Source: Gemmatimonadales bacterium (GTDB taxonomy: Bacteria; Gemmatimonadota; Gemmatimonadetes; Gemmatimonadales; GWC2-71-9). From it: a stretch of 64,000 nt of DNA. The notes below the pieces were generated by a model. That model was not told the DNA's origin. It made no database searches and saw only the letters and a list, made by a program, of their open reading frames with translations. Below are positions 49,096 through 60,647 of this stretch, piece by piece; position 1 is the stretch's first letter, and each line of letters opens with the position of its first letter. Location of the stretch: the NCBI GenBank assembly GCA_038321865.1, contig JBBQFH010000004.1:69522-133521 (forward strand). The letters run 5' to 3'. Position numbers and translations under genes: made by a program.

Positions 49096-49536
49096 CTACT
49101 TGACCTTGAAGCTCTTGGTCTGAACCGATGCGCCGTTCAGCATGACTTCCACCTTGTAATCGCCCTTGGGCCATCCGCTCGGCTTGGAGACGTGGAATTC
49201 GGTGACGGCTGGTCCCGTCGGCGCGATGCTGCGCGCGCTCGAGTCCACCACCTGCCCGTCCTGATAGGTCCAGCGCGCCGTCAGGGTGGCATTGGGCGAC
49301 GTGCCATCGGTCGAGACCGCGGCGTAAACGGTCTGATTTGGCTGGAACGTGTCCGTCGAGCCGGTGACGTGGTTGTCGGCCCCGACTGCCGGACCGAGAT
49401 CCACGCTGGTGACCTGCACCGCAGGCGCCGCCGTGGTGGTGGCGGCGGTGTCGGCCGCCGTATCGGCCTTCTTGGAGCAGGCGGAGGCGGCCAGCAGACC
49501 GGCGAATGCCGGGATCAGCCAGAGGCGGCGATGCAT
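49096..49536 (-). CDS. Hypothetical lipoprotein with an Ig-like domain
   Basis: Lipobox ASA-C; Ala/Thr linker; GWPKGDYKVEV beta-sandwich motif. Confidence 0.7.
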   Translation of the reverse strand: MHRRLWLIPAFAGLLAASACSKKADTAADTAATTTAAPAVQVTSVDLGPAVGADNHVTGSTDTFQPNQTVYAAVSTDGTSPNATLTARWTYQDGQVVDSSARSIAPTGPAVTEFHVSKPSGWPKGDYKVEVMLNGASVQTKSFKVK

Positions 49537-49547
49537 CGTGGGCCTCC

Positions 49548-49844
49548 TCATGAGACGTCGGGGATGGTGAACACCTGGCCCGGATGGATCAGGTCGGGAT
49601 TCTTGATCTTGTCGCGATTGGCCTCGTAGATCGCGTGCCACTTGTTGGCGTCGCCGTACTGATGCTTGGCGATCTTGGACAGACTGTCACCCTCGACGAC
49701 CGTGTACGTCCGCCCGCTGTTCGCTCCCATCGAGCTGGTCTGCGCCGGAGCCGGAGCGGTGGACGAGCTGCCGCTCTGCACATCCGAGAAGTCCGCCTTT
49801 TTTGTCGGCTCATCGTTGCCGAGGATCTTGTCGAGCAATCCCAT
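49548..49844 (-). CDS. Small LysM-domain protein (Kbp/YgaU-like, no BON domain)
   Basis: MGLLDKILG N-terminus; YTVVEGDSLSKIAKHQYGDANKWHAIYEANRDKIKNPDLIHPGQ. Confidence 0.85.
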   Translation of the reverse strand: MGLLDKILGNDEPTKKADFSDVQSGSSSTAPAPAQTSSMGANSGRTYTVVEGDSLSKIAKHQYGDANKWHAIYEANRDKIKNPDLIHPGQVFTIPDVS

Positions 49845-49942
49845 GATCACCTCCGTTTTGCGTGGGAAATCAGCCGTGCAACCCGAATGATGGGGCGCCG
49901 TGGCCCCGCCGGCGGTGATATGGCGCACAATCGGCGGGCCCG

Positions 49943-50821
49943 ATGACCAGGGTCATCCTCGCGACCTGCCGCCATCTCCCCGGGCTCACCTCCAGCGACG
50001 CCGTGCTCGCCCGGGCACTCGTGCGGCATGGTGCCGACGTCAGCGCCGTCCCGTGGGATCTGGTCGACCCCGCCCGGCCCGAAGGACTGGTGTGCCTGCG
50101 CTCCACCTGGGACTACTTCAGGCGCTGGACTGAATCCAGCCAGTGGGTAACCACATTCGCCGCCGGCCCCGGACGGCTGCTCAACCCGGCCCCCACCGTC
50201 CTCTGGAACGCCGACAAGACCTACCTGCGGGAGCTCGCCGCCGCCGGCATCGCACTCCCGCGCACCCGGTGGTTCGATCCCGGCACCAGGCCGGACATTC
50301 GTCGGTTTCTCGACGAGGCCGGACTCGATCGTGCCGTGATCAAGCCGCGAATCTCCGGCGCCGCCTACGGTACCCACGTCGTCACGCACGCGAGCACGCT
50401 GACCGAGGCGGAATGGGCGCCGCTGGAGCAGGCGGGTTCGCTGCTCCAGGCGTTCGTGCCGGAGATCGCGGCCGGGGAGCTGTCACTGGTCTTTCTCGAC
50501 GGCCGCTTCTCCCACGCCGTGCGCAAGATCGCCGCGCCGGGAGACTTTCGCGTGCAGTCCGATTTCGGGGGTCGAGTCGAGCCGGTGGATCCGTCCGCGG
50601 GCACGCTCGGGTTCGCCCGGGCGGTGCTGACCGCGACTCCCCGGCCGTGGCTGTACGCGCGGGTCGACATCGTCGAGACGCCGGCCGGCCCATTGCTGAT
50701 GGAGCTCGAGATTCTGGAACCCGACCTGTTCCTGGGTTCGGCGAGCGGGGGCGCGGATCGCCTGGCGGCCGCGCTGCTTCGTGAAGCGGACGATCCCCCG
50801 CGCGGCTTGCCGGGCCGCTGA
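49943..50821 (+). CDS. ATP-grasp (RimK/glutathione synthetase-like) protein
   Basis: LRSTWDY, WNADKTYL, VIKPRIS, LQAFVPEI, DFRVQ, YARVD, MELEILEP. Confidence 0.8.
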   Translation: MTRVILATCRHLPGLTSSDAVLARALVRHGADVSAVPWDLVDPARPEGLVCLRSTWDYFRRWTESSQWVTTFAAGPGRLLNPAPTVLWNADKTYLRELAAAGIALPRTRWFDPGTRPDIRRFLDEAGLDRAVIKPRISGAAYGTHVVTHASTLTEAEWAPLEQAGSLLQAFVPEIAAGELSLVFLDGRFSHAVRKIAAPGDFRVQSDFGGRVEPVDPSAGTLGFARAVLTATPRPWLYARVDIVETPAGPLLMELEILEPDLFLGSASGGADRLAAALLREADDPPRGLPGR

Positions 50822-51741
50822 TGCCCGAGCTGCCGGACGTCACCGTCTACGTCGAGGCGCTGCGCCGGCGCGTGGTCGGATCGGTGCTGGAGCGGATCAG
50901 GGTCGGCAGCCCCTTCGTGCTTCGCACATTCGACCCGCCCATTACGGCGATTGATGGATGCCGCGTCCGTGGCGTGGAACGGCTGGGCAAGCGCATCGTC
51001 CTGGAGCTGGAGGACGAGCGCTTCGTCGTGATTCACCTCATGATCGCCGGCCGGCTCCGCTGGCGCCCGCACGGCGCGGTGGTTCCCCGTGGGCGCGGGC
51101 TCGCGGCGCTCGACTTTCCCGGTGGGACCGTGCTGTATACCGAGGAAGGCAAGAAGCATCGCGCGGGTCTCTGGCTGCTGCGTGGCCGAGCCGCGCTCGC
51201 CGATCACGACCGCGGGGGCCTTGAGCCGCTGGCCGCGAGCCTGGACGATTTCCGCTCGGCGCTCACCAGGGAGCGCCACACCCTCAAGCGCTCGCTCACC
51301 GATCCGCGCATCCTTTCCGGAATCGGCAATGCGTATTCCGACGAGATTCTGCACGCGGCGCGGCTCTCCCCGATGCAGCTGACCACCAATCTCGATGCCG
51401 CGGAGCTCGCGCGGCTCTACGAGTCGGTCCGCCGCGTCCTGCGCGAATGGACCGACCGGCTCCGCGCGGAAGTCGGCGATGGGTTTCCCGACAAGGTGAC
51501 GGCGTTTCGCGACGGCATGGCGGTGCACGGGCGGTTTCGGCAGCCCTGTCCCGACTGCGGGGCGCCGGTCCAGCGCATCCGGTATGCGGAGAACGAAGTG
51601 AACTACTGCGTGAACTGCCAGACCGGCGGCCGGCTCCTCGCCGACCGGGCCCTCTCCCGGCTGCTGCGCCAGGACTGGCCGCGGTCGCTCGACGAATGGG
51701 ATGCCGTGGCGGGCAGCGTGCTCCCGCCCGCAAAGGGTTGA
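50821..51741 (+). CDS. Fpg/Nei-family DNA glycosylase/AP lyase
   Basis: N-terminal PELPDV, RLGK, HLMIAG, H2TH SGIGNAYSDEIL, zinc finger CPDC...YCVNCQ. Confidence 0.9.
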   Translation: MPELPDVTVYVEALRRRVVGSVLERIRVGSPFVLRTFDPPITAIDGCRVRGVERLGKRIVLELEDERFVVIHLMIAGRLRWRPHGAVVPRGRGLAALDFPGGTVLYTEEGKKHRAGLWLLRGRAALADHDRGGLEPLAASLDDFRSALTRERHTLKRSLTDPRILSGIGNAYSDEILHAARLSPMQLTTNLDAAELARLYESVRRVLREWTDRLRAEVGDGFPDKVTAFRDGMAVHGRFRQPCPDCGAPVQRIRYAENEVNYCVNCQTGGRLLADRALSRLLRQDWPRSLDEWDAVAGSVLPPAKG

Positions 51742-51793
51742 GCCACAGCAGGCGACTGTTGCAGTCCGTCATGGCGTGCGCCATGTTGGTCCG

Positions 51794-54061
51794 ATGCCGA
51801 GCAAACGCATGGTTCCGACGGTGGGCGCCGAGGCACCCGCCCGTCTCCGGTATGGACTGGCGATCGCCGCGGCCGCTGCGGCGGTCGCGGTTCGGCTTGC
51901 GCTCTCCCCCATCCTGCAGGATCGGTCTGCGTACACACTGAGTTTGATCGGAGTCATCGCCGCTGCGTGGTACGCCGGGACGCGGCCCGCCGTCCTCTCG
52001 GTGGTGGTGGGCGCCTTCGGGGTCTGGCTGTTCATTGTTCCTCACGGGCAGGGGGCGCAGCACCTGCATACGCTGGACTGGGCGCAGCTCGGCGTGTTCC
52101 TCGTCGCCAGTGGGGTCGCGGTGGCCTTCGGCCAGCGCGCCCGCCGCATCCGGCTCGAGGCCGAGGCCGGACGGGCGCGGCTGGGTGCGGTGCTGCAGCA
52201 GATGCCGGCCGGAGTCATCCTTCGCGATGCCGCCGGCCAGCTGGTCATCGCCAATGCGGAGGCGGAGCGGCTGCTCGGGACCGTGCTGCGGGATGGCTTG
52301 GCCCCCTCGGCCGCGCCCTACCGCATGCGAACCCCCGAAGGCCGTCCCTATGCCCCGGACGAGGTGCCGAATCGCCGCTCGCTGGCCACCGGCGAGATCA
52401 TTCGGGACGAAGAGTTGATCGTCGAGGACGCAATGGGCCGGCCCCGTCTCCTCAGCGTGAATTCGGGGCCCGTTCGCGGCCCGGACGGCAGGATCGCAGG
52501 TGTCGTCGTCAGCTTCACTGACCTGAGCGACCGGAAACGCACGGAGACCGAGCTGGCGGAACACCGCGAGCGCCTGGGCATCGCGCTCGACGCCGGGCGA
52601 ATGGGAGCCTTTGATTGGCTGGTGCCGGAGAACCGGGTGATCTGGTCACGCTCCCTGGAGCGCATGCATGGGTACGAGCCGGGGGAATTTGCCGGGACCT
52701 CCGAAGCGTATTTCGCCGAGATCCACCCGGAGGACCGGGAGCGCGTCGGCGGGCAGGTGCAGGAGATCTTCGAGAACCGCCGGGAACATCTGCTCGAATA
52801 TCGCATCGTGCGGCGGGACGGCGGGGTCCTGTGGGTCGAGGGCCGCGGCAAGGTGTTCCGGGACGATGATGGGCGGCCGCTCCGGCTGGTCGGCGTGTGC
52901 ACCGACATCACCGACCGCAAGCAGGCCGAAGAGGCGGCGCGGCGATCCCAGCGGCTCGAGGCGGCCGGCCAGCTCGCGGCGGGCATGGCCCACGATACCA
53001 ACAACATGATGGCCGCCGTGCTGGGGTACGCCCATCTCGTGCGCCGCGCGCCCGACCTGCCGGGCCGGCTGCAGCGCGATCTCGACGAGATCATCAAGGC
53101 CGCCGAGCGCACGGCGAATCTGACCAGGCAGTTGCTCACCTTCAGCCGGCGGCAGATCGTATCTCCCGAAGTGCTCGATCTCTCCTCCGCCGTTCGCGAG
53201 ACGCAGGACATGCTCGGGCGGATGCTGGGCGCCGAGATCATCCTCGAGTTCCGGGAGGATCCGCGCCCGTGCTGGGTATCCATCGACCGGACCCAGCTGG
53301 TGCAGATCGTCCTCAACCTTTCACTGAACGCGCGGGACGCGATGCTTGACGGCGGGCGCCTGACCATCGTCACCCGGCGCGACGCCCATGGTGACGGTCC
53401 CGCGCGAGTGCTGCTGGAGGTTGCCGACACCGGGGCCGGGATGAGCAGTGAGATCCGCGCCCGGATCTTCGAGCCCTTCTTCACCACCAAGGCGGTAGGT
53501 CAGGGCACCGGACTCGGTCTCAGCACCGTTCACGGCATCGTCAGCCAGGCCGGAGGTACGGTCGAGGTGGAGAGTGAGCCAGGCCGGGGGGCCCTGTTCC
53601 GGATCGCATTTCCCGCGGCACCGGCATTTGCCGAACAGTCCCCGGCAACAACGACGCCGGCGCCGGCGCGGCAATCAGCGCGACTGCTGCTGGTGGATGA
53701 CGAGGATGCGGTGCTCCGGCTCGCATCGCGCGCGCTCGAGGACGGCGGGTATCGGGTGGTGGCGGTGTCATCCGGTGAGGCGGCACTGCAGGCACTGCGG
53801 GCCGATGGTGCGTTCGACGCCCTCGTCACCGATCTGACCATGCCGGGGATGAACGGCCGCGAGCTCGCGTCACGCGCGATCAGCGCCCACCCGCGGATGC
53901 CGGTGCTCTTCGTCACCGGTCATCACGGCGCCGCGCCGAATATTCCGGGCCCGACCGTCAGCGCCGTGCTGCAGAAGCCGTTCAGCCCCGACTCACTCGC
54001 GGAAGCCGTGGAACGGCTGCTTGGTGAGGCGCGGACCGGGCACGCATCGGCGGGCGGCTGA
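51794..54061 (+). CDS. Hybrid sensor histidine kinase (DUF4118 TM domain, 2 PAS, HisKA, HATPase, REC)
   Basis: Four TM helices; PAS/PAC motifs; AHDTNN H-box, NARDAM, DTGAGM, FFTTK, GTGLGL; receiver LVDD...TDLTMPGMNG...KP. Start codon uncertain (51794 or 51809). Confidence 0.9.
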   Translation: MPSKRMVPTVGAEAPARLRYGLAIAAAAAAVAVRLALSPILQDRSAYTLSLIGVIAAAWYAGTRPAVLSVVVGAFGVWLFIVPHGQGAQHLHTLDWAQLGVFLVASGVAVAFGQRARRIRLEAEAGRARLGAVLQQMPAGVILRDAAGQLVIANAEAERLLGTVLRDGLAPSAAPYRMRTPEGRPYAPDEVPNRRSLATGEIIRDEELIVEDAMGRPRLLSVNSGPVRGPDGRIAGVVVSFTDLSDRKRTETELAEHRERLGIALDAGRMGAFDWLVPENRVIWSRSLERMHGYEPGEFAGTSEAYFAEIHPEDRERVGGQVQEIFENRREHLLEYRIVRRDGGVLWVEGRGKVFRDDDGRPLRLVGVCTDITDRKQAEEAARRSQRLEAAGQLAAGMAHDTNNMMAAVLGYAHLVRRAPDLPGRLQRDLDEIIKAAERTANLTRQLLTFSRRQIVSPEVLDLSSAVRETQDMLGRMLGAEIILEFREDPRPCWVSIDRTQLVQIVLNLSLNARDAMLDGGRLTIVTRRDAHGDGPARVLLEVADTGAGMSSEIRARIFEPFFTTKAVGQGTGLGLSTVHGIVSQAGGTVEVESEPGRGALFRIAFPAAPAFAEQSPATTTPAPARQSARLLLVDDEDAVLRLASRALEDGGYRVVAVSSGEAALQALRADGAFDALVTDLTMPGMNGRELASRAISAHPRMPVLFVTGHHGAAPNIPGPTVSAVLQKPFSPDSLAEAVERLLGEARTGHASAGG

Positions 54062-54168
54062 CGGCTCCAGCCCAAACGTAAAGTGCGTCATCCGGTCCCG
54101 TGTGCTTGCGGGGTCCGGTATCCGGGACAATGTTTGCCCGGTCCGGCCCACCCTCGGAGGCATGCCCC

Positions 54169-55164
54169 ATGAATCGCAACGTCGTGTTGGCGGCGCTCAC
54201 CCTGTCGGGTGCGTCGCTGTCCGCCCAGCAAAACCCCTTCAAACTCCCGCACAGCAGCGTCTCGGCCGTCCAGGTCGATTACGCCTTCACCGGCGACATG
54301 AAGGGCACCGGCCAGCGCGCGCTCTCCCATGACCGCATGATGGTGCGGGAAACCACCACGGGGAAGTTCTTCGGCAAGACGACGACCGTGGATTCCTGGT
54401 CGCTGATGACCCCGGACTCGAGCTACACGGCCGACCTCGGCAAGAAGACCGGGGTGCGCTCGCCCAACATGCTGCCGTTGATGGCGCACGCCTACGACGA
54501 CCTCGATGGCACCGGCAAGCGCCGGCTCCGGCAGAACATGCAGGACATGGCCCAGATGATCAGCCGCGCATTCGGCAGTGTCGCCATGATGAGCGACGCG
54601 AAAGGCGCGGTCCGCACCATCGCCGGGGAGAAGTGCGACGAGCGCGCATTCGGCAGCTTCACGATCTGCAGCATGCAGGGCGCCCCCGGGCTCCCGCTCC
54701 ACATGACCGGGAGTCTGCTCTGCGTGGATTTCGAGCAGACCGCGACTGCGGTGCACCGTGGCGAACCCGCCAGCTCCGCCTTCGACCCGCCGGCCGGCAT
54801 CGCATTCCGGGACAATCTCATCCAAAACCCGGATTCGCTGGCGCGGGGGTACGTGAAGTACCTCGCCAGCCAGGAGCTGACCGACTCGCTCGCCAAGGCC
54901 CGGGACCAGATGGCTGCCGGTTCGGCCGGCGGCCCCGCACCGCCGGCAACCGCCCCTGCTCGCCAGCCGACCGCCGAGGAACGCGCGCAGCAGCGTCAGG
55001 CCTGCGAGGCGCTCAAGAATTTCGATCTGGGGAAGGAAATGCACGCCGCGGGTCAGCGCGTGGTCGGTGACGCCCTCCGGGAGGCGGCCAAGGACAAGCA
55101 GAACCAGGTGGAGCAGGGAGCCAAGAACAAGATCAAGGGCTTCATCCGACGCCCGCACCTCTGA
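54169..55164 (+). CDS. Exported hypothetical protein (DUF4412-like)
   Basis: GGAGG RBS; signal peptide [13 protein letters not shown] and AFDPPAG motifs; helical C-terminus. Confidence 0.55.
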   Translation: MNRNVVLAALTLSGASLSAQQNPFKLPHSSVSAVQVDYAFTGDMKGTGQRALSHDRMMVRETTTGKFFGKTTTVDSWSLMTPDSSYTADLGKKTGVRSPNMLPLMAHAYDDLDGTGKRRLRQNMQDMAQMISRAFGSVAMMSDAKGAVRTIAGEKCDERAFGSFTICSMQGAPGLPLHMTGSLLCVDFEQTATAVHRGEPASSAFDPPAGIAFRDNLIQNPDSLARGYVKYLASQELTDSLAKARDQMAAGSAGGPAPPATAPARQPTAEERAQQRQACEALKNFDLGKEMHAAGQRVVGDALREAAKDKQNQVEQGAKNKIKGFIRRPHL

Positions 55165-56779
55165 GGATCTCGCGTGCCTCCGCGACGATGCGCTGCAGGT
55201 GCGCATCGTCGCGGAAGCTCTCGGCGTACAGCTTGTACACGTCTTCCGTTCCCGACGGCCGTGCGGCGAACCATCCATCGTCGGACGCGACCTTCAGGCC
55301 GCCGATCGGCGCGTCGTTGCCGGGCGCGCGCGTGAGCTTGGCCACGATCGGATCCCCGGCAAGCGTCGTGACCCTCACGGCCTCAGGGGTAAGGGTCCTG
55401 AAGGCGGCCTTGTCCGCCGGCGTGCACGGCGTATCGACCCGGGTATAAGCCGGCGCGCCGAGCCGCAGGCCCAGCGCCGCATAGTGTGCTCCCGGATCGT
55501 TTCCCGTCACTGCGGTGATCTCGGCCGCCAGCAGCCCGAGCAGCAGGCCGTCCTTGTCCGTGGTCCACACGCCGCCGTCACGCCGGAGGAAGCTCGCACC
55601 GGCGCTCTCCTCGCCGCCGAAGCAGCAGCTCCCGTCGAACAGACCGGGCGCGAACCACTTGAATCCCACCGGCACCTCGTACAGCTCCCGCCCGGCATCT
55701 CGTACGACCCGGTCGATCAGCGCGCTGGAGACCACCGTCTTGCCGATGCGGGCCGTCAGGGGCCACCGGGCACGATGTGAGAGCAGGTAGCCGATCGCCA
55801 CGGCGAGATAGTGATTCGGATTGAGCAGCCCCGCTCCCGGCGTCACGATGCCATGGCGGTCGGCGTCGGGATCGTTGCCCCACGCGACGTCGAAACGATC
55901 CTTGAGCTGCACCAGGTTCGCCATGGCCCACGGGCTCGAACAGTCCATGCGGATCTTGCCGTCGTGGTCCACCGGCATGAAGGCAAAGCGGGGGTCCAGA
56001 GTGGTGTTCACGACCGTGAGGTCGAGCCCGTATCGTTGGGCGATGCGCGGCCAGTACGCCAGTGACGCGCCCCCCAGCGGGTCCACGCCGATCCGCACAC
56101 CCGCCGCCCGGATCGCGTCCATGTCGATCGATTCGGCCAGGGCGTCGATGTACGGGCCGGCCAGATCCTCGGCCGCCGTGGTGGCCGCCGTCAGCGCCCG
56201 CTCCGCCGGTATCCGTCGGACGCCGTGGTTCCGGACCTGGAGGAGTGCGTTCGCCCGGTCCTGGATCCAGCCGGTGACGTCGGTGTCCGCCGGGCCACCA
56301 TCGGGTGGGTTGTACTTGAATCCGCCGTCTGCCGGCGGATTGTGCGACGGCGTAATGACGATCCCGTCGGCCGGCGACGGCGGGTGAGCGGCGTTGAAGG
56401 CCAGGATAGCCCGGGAGATGACCGGCGTCGGCGTGTAGCCATCATCCCGCTGGATGATGGTGGCCACCTCATTGGCAGCGAGCACCTCGAGGGCCGTTCG
56501 TTCCGCCGGTCCGGACACGGCGTGCGTATCCTTGCCCAGATAGAGCGGCCCGGCGATTGCGTGGCCGTGCCGGTAATCACAGATGGCCTGGGTGATGGCG
56601 ACGATGTGCGCTTCGGTGAAGCTGCCCTCGAGCGGCGAGCCGCGATGCCCGCTGGTTCCGAAGTGCACCCGCTCGGCCGGGTCAACGACATCCGGCCAGC
56701 GCGCGTAATAGGCGTGCTCGAGCGCTGGGACGTCGATCAGGATCTCGGCGGGAGCCGCCCGGCCGGCGAGAGGGTGCAT
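55142..56779 (-). CDS. pgm: Phosphoglucomutase
   Basis: [35 protein letters not shown]...KLYAESF. Confidence 0.95.
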   Translation of the reverse strand: MHPLAGRAAPAEILIDVPALEHAYYARWPDVVDPAERVHFGTSGHRGSPLEGSFTEAHIVAITQAICDYRHGHAIAGPLYLGKDTHAVSGPAERTALEVLAANEVATIIQRDDGYTPTPVISRAILAFNAAHPPSPADGIVITPSHNPPADGGFKYNPPDGGPADTDVTGWIQDRANALLQVRNHGVRRIPAERALTAATTAAEDLAGPYIDALAESIDMDAIRAAGVRIGVDPLGGASLAYWPRIAQRYGLDLTVVNTTLDPRFAFMPVDHDGKIRMDCSSPWAMANLVQLKDRFDVAWGNDPDADRHGIVTPGAGLLNPNHYLAVAIGYLLSHRARWPLTARIGKTVVSSALIDRVVRDAGRELYEVPVGFKWFAPGLFDGSCCFGGEESAGASFLRRDGGVWTTDKDGLLLGLLAAEITAVTGNDPGAHYAALGLRLGAPAYTRVDTPCTPADKAAFRTLTPEAVRVTTLAGDPIVAKLTRAPGNDAPIGGLKVASDDGWFAARPSGTEDVYKLYAESFRDDAHLQRIVAEAREILRGAGVG

Positions 56780-56870
56780 GATCCAAGATAGATCCGCACC
56801 CTCGCGCGGCGCAGCCGCCCGGTCGATATTCCGCGGGCACGTTCATTCTCCACTCAGGGAGTACCCCAGG

Positions 56871-58520
56871 ATGATCCGCAAGCTCATCGGTCTGGCCGTG
56901 GGAGCCGCCGTGATGGCGCTGCCGGTGCGAGCGGTGTCCGCGCAAACGTTCACGACCGACGACCCGGTGATCCGGCGGATCTGGGCGCTCGGCATGGACA
57001 GCTCCCAGACGATGCGCCTCTCCCAGCTGCTGTTCGATTCAATCGGCCCCCGTCTCACCGGCACGCCGGACGCAAAGCGTGGCAACGACTGGCTGGTGAA
57101 GACCTATCAGTCCTGGGGGGTGGACGCGAAGAATGAGCAGTTCGGTAGCTGGCGAAGCTGGCGGCGGGGCTATTCGCACATCGATCTGGTCGAGCCGCGC
57201 GTTCGCTCGCTCGAAGGCACGATGCTTGGCTACAGCCCGGGAACCGGCAAGCGGGATCTGACGGCGAGCACGGTCATTCTTCCCCGGTTTGCCGACAGCA
57301 CCGAATTCGTGAAGTGGCTGCCGAGCGCGCGGGGCAAGTTTGTACTGGTGGCCGCGCCGCAGCCGACCTGCCGCCCACGGGATGACTGGCAGACCAACGC
57401 GACGCCGGAATCGAAGGTGCGGATGGACAGCCTCCGTGCCCAGGTGCAGCGCGAGTGGGGCGGCCGAAACGTCCGGGGCACCGGATACAGTCTCGCCATC
57501 GGCACCGGCGAGCTGGGCCTCCGGCTGGAGGAAGGCGGCGTGGCGGGGGTCATCACGTCACGGCCCAAGGATGCCTGGGGCACGATCGAAATCTTCGAGA
57601 CCTACAACGGGAAGGCGCCGGCCGTTGCACTGAGCTGCGAGGATTACGGGCTTCTCATCCGCCTGACCGAGAACAACCAGGGTCCCAGGCTTCGGCTCAA
57701 TCTCGACGCGGAGCTGCTGGGTGAACGGCCGGTCTTCAACACGGTGGCCAGCATGCGGGGCTCGGAGAAGCCCGATGAGTACGTGATGCTGTCGGCCCAT
57801 TTCGACTCCTGGGACGGCTCGTCCGGCGCCACCGACAACGGCACCGGCACGATCACCATGCTCGAGGCGATGCGGATCCTGCGGCAGGTCTATCCGCACC
57901 CGAAGCGGACGATCCTCGTCGGGCACTGGGCCGGAGAGGAGGAGGGTGAAGTCGGCTCGAAGGCCTTCACGGAAGACCACCCCGAGGTCATGAAGGGCCT
58001 GCAGGCATTGTTCAATCAGGACAATGGTACCGGCCGGGTCGTCCGGATGGGCGGCGGCGGGCTTCCCAACGCGGCGGAGCATATCACCGGCTGGCTCGGA
58101 AAGATTCCTGCCGAGCTGAAGGCGCAGGTGAACTTCGGAGGCCCCGGCTTTCCGGCCGGCGGCGGCAGCGACGATTTCTCGTTCGCCTGTTCGGGCGCTC
58201 CCGCATTCGGTCTCGGTGCGCTCAACTGGGACTACGGCAGCTACACCTGGCATACCAACCGGGACACCTACGACAAGATCGTCTTCGACGATCTCAAGTC
58301 GAACGCGACGCTGACGGCGATGCTGGCCTATCTGGCCTCCGAGGATCCATCCCTGATTACGCGGGAGCGGGTCGACCTCGCCGCCCTTGCGGCGGCGCGG
58401 GCGGCCGCGGCTCCGCCCGCCAGTGCGACCGGTCCCGGTGCGGGGCGCCGCGGCGGCTTCCCGACCACATGGCCTGCCTGCGTGAAGGCCCCGCGCACGA
58501 CCGAGCCGCGTCTCAAGTAG
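56871..58520 (+). CDS. Exported M28-family metallopeptidase (carboxypeptidase Q-like)
   Basis: Signal peptide; IGPRLTG, SAHFDSW, GATDNGTG, GEEEG, NQDNG, GSDD, WHTNRDT. Confidence 0.85.
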   Translation: MIRKLIGLAVGAAVMALPVRAVSAQTFTTDDPVIRRIWALGMDSSQTMRLSQLLFDSIGPRLTGTPDAKRGNDWLVKTYQSWGVDAKNEQFGSWRSWRRGYSHIDLVEPRVRSLEGTMLGYSPGTGKRDLTASTVILPRFADSTEFVKWLPSARGKFVLVAAPQPTCRPRDDWQTNATPESKVRMDSLRAQVQREWGGRNVRGTGYSLAIGTGELGLRLEEGGVAGVITSRPKDAWGTIEIFETYNGKAPAVALSCEDYGLLIRLTENNQGPRLRLNLDAELLGERPVFNTVASMRGSEKPDEYVMLSAHFDSWDGSSGATDNGTGTITMLEAMRILRQVYPHPKRTILVGHWAGEEEGEVGSKAFTEDHPEVMKGLQALFNQDNGTGRVVRMGGGGLPNAAEHITGWLGKIPAELKAQVNFGGPGFPAGGGSDDFSFACSGAPAFGLGALNWDYGSYTWHTNRDTYDKIVFDDLKSNATLTAMLAYLASEDPSLITRERVDLAALAAARAAAAPPASATGPGAGRRGGFPTTWPACVKAPRTTEPRLK

Positions 58521-58552
58521 CCGGCTATTATTCGGCGCATTCACCGGAGGCG

Positions 58553-59017
58553 ATGATGCGCGTCGCGTTGGCGGCCGATCATGCAGGGTTCGAGCTGAAG
58601 CAGCTGCTCCTCGGTGTCGTGCGCGGGCTCGGGCACGACGCCGACGATCTGGGGACCGATTCCACCGCCCCGGTTGACTACCCCGATTACGCGCTCGCCG
58701 TCGGCGAAGCGATCGTGACCGGGGCGGCCGACCGGGGCGTGCTCGTATGCGGCAGCGGAGTCGGCGTGTCCGTCGCGGCGAACAAGATTCCCGGCGTGCG
58801 CGCCGGGATCTGCCATGACACCTACACGGCCCACCAGGGTGTCGAGCACGACGACATGAACGTGCTCGTCCTGGGCGGGCGAGTGGTGGGTGAGGCGCTC
58901 GCCGCGGAGCTCGTCACCGCCTTCCTCGGCGCGACGTTCTCCGGCGAGCCGCGCCACGTGCGCCGGCTGGGGAAAGTCCGCGACATCGAACGCCTGTTCC
59001 AGCGGGACGCCGGTTGA
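58553..59017 (+). CDS. rpiB: Ribose-5-phosphate isomerase B
   Basis: ADHAG, DYPD, CGSGVG, ANKIPGVR, EHDDMN, RHVRR. Confidence 0.95.
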   Translation: MMRVALAADHAGFELKQLLLGVVRGLGHDADDLGTDSTAPVDYPDYALAVGEAIVTGAADRGVLVCGSGVGVSVAANKIPGVRAGICHDTYTAHQGVEHDDMNVLVLGGRVVGEALAAELVTAFLGATFSGEPRHVRRLGKVRDIERLFQRDAG

Positions 59018-59709
59018 TCTGCGCGGTCCTGTTCGATCTGGACGGCACGCTCATTCAGACCGAAGAGCTCAAGGCGCGCTCCTACGCCGGTGCCGCGCGC
59101 AGTCTCGATCCGGCCGTAGCCGAATCCGACGTGATGGCGGCGTTCGACCAGCTCGCGGGGCACTCGCGGGACGAGGTCGCTCGCGGGCTCATGGAGCGCT
59201 TCCGGCTGCCCGGCACTCCGGAGGCGTTTATCTCGCTGCGCCTGGAGCGCTACGACGCGATGCTGGCCGACGCAGAGCTGCTGCGCCGCCAGGCATTGCC
59301 GCATGCGATCGAGCTCCTGTCCGGGCTTCGGCACGAGGGCCAGCGGCTCGGGCTGACCACCATGTCCGACTGTGCCCACGCGACCGTGATCCTCGGGGCG
59401 CTCGGGCTGCTCGATGCGTTCGAGGTCATCATCACTCCGGATGATGTGGCGGCCGGGAAGCCGGCGCCGGACATGTACCTGGCAGCGACCACCCGCCTCG
59501 GCTGCGAGCCCGCCCGCTGCCTCGCGCTGGAAGACTCGGTGGCGGGGATCACGGCGGCGGTCTCCGCCGGCGTGCCATGCATCGCAGTGCCGACGTATCT
59601 GACGGTGGACGCCGTCCATCGTGCGGCCCTGGTGCCGGAACGGTGGATCGTGGACGACCCGGCGCGGCTTGACGAGCTGTTCGCCGCGCGCGCCGCTGAA
59701 GTTTCCTGA
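59014..59709 (+). CDS. HAD-superfamily phosphatase (beta-PGM/CbbY-like)
   Basis: FDLDGTL, GKPAPDMY, LEDS..GI. Confidence 0.85.
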   Translation: MICAVLFDLDGTLIQTEELKARSYAGAARSLDPAVAESDVMAAFDQLAGHSRDEVARGLMERFRLPGTPEAFISLRLERYDAMLADAELLRRQALPHAIELLSGLRHEGQRLGLTTMSDCAHATVILGALGLLDAFEVIITPDDVAAGKPAPDMYLAATTRLGCEPARCLALEDSVAGITAAVSAGVPCIAVPTYLTVDAVHRAALVPERWIVDDPARLDELFAARAAEVS

Positions 59710-59739
59710 GAGCGCTCTACGGAGCGGAAAGACGGACGC

Positions 59740-60647
59740 ATGGACATCGGAATGATCGGTCTCGGCCGCATGGGCGCCAACATGACGACGCGCTTGCTCG
59801 CCGCGGGCCACCGCGTGGTTGCCTTCGACCGCAGCCCCGACGCCGTTGCGCTTGCGGTCAAGGGCGGCGCAACAGGCGCGGCATCGCTCGCCGAGCTGGT
59901 GAAGGAGCTGCCGGCGCCGCGCGCCGTCTGGGTCATGGTGCCCGCGGGTGATCCGACGGAAACCACTGTCGTCGCACTCCGCGATGCGATGGCCGGCGGT
60001 GACACCGTCATCGACGGTGGCAACAGCAACTACAAGGACTCGATGCGGCGCGGCGAGCTGCTGTCCGCCCGGGGGATTCACTTCGTGGACGCGGGTACCA
60101 GTGGCGGCGTCTGGGGGCTGAAGGAAGGCTACAGCCTGATGGTCGGCGGCGACGCCGGCGCGGTCGAGCGCCTCCGGCCGATTTTCGAAACGCTCGCGCC
60201 GGGGAAGGACCGGGGATGGGGCAGGGTGGGGCCCACCGGTTCGGGCCACTTCGTGAAGATGATTCACAACGGCATCGAATACGGGCTCATGCAGGCCTAC
60301 GCCGAAGGATTCGAGGTGCTGCGCCGGAAGGAAGCGTTTAAGCTGGACGTGGCGCAGATCGCCGAGATCTGGCGGGATGGCAGCGTTGTGCGCTCCTGGC
60401 TGCTCGACCTCACCGCGGCGGCGCTCAAGGAGAACCCCGGGCTCGATGGCATCGCGCCCTACGTCGCCGACTCCGGCGAGGGGCGCTGGACCGTGGCCGA
60501 GGCGATCGATCTCGACGTGCCCGCACCGGTGATCACCCTCTCGCTGATCGCGCGGCTGCGCTCCCGCAGCGAGGATTCGTACTCCGATAAGCTGCTGGCG
60601 GCGATGCGCAATCAGTTCGGTGGCCACGCGATCAAGAAGGAAGGCTG

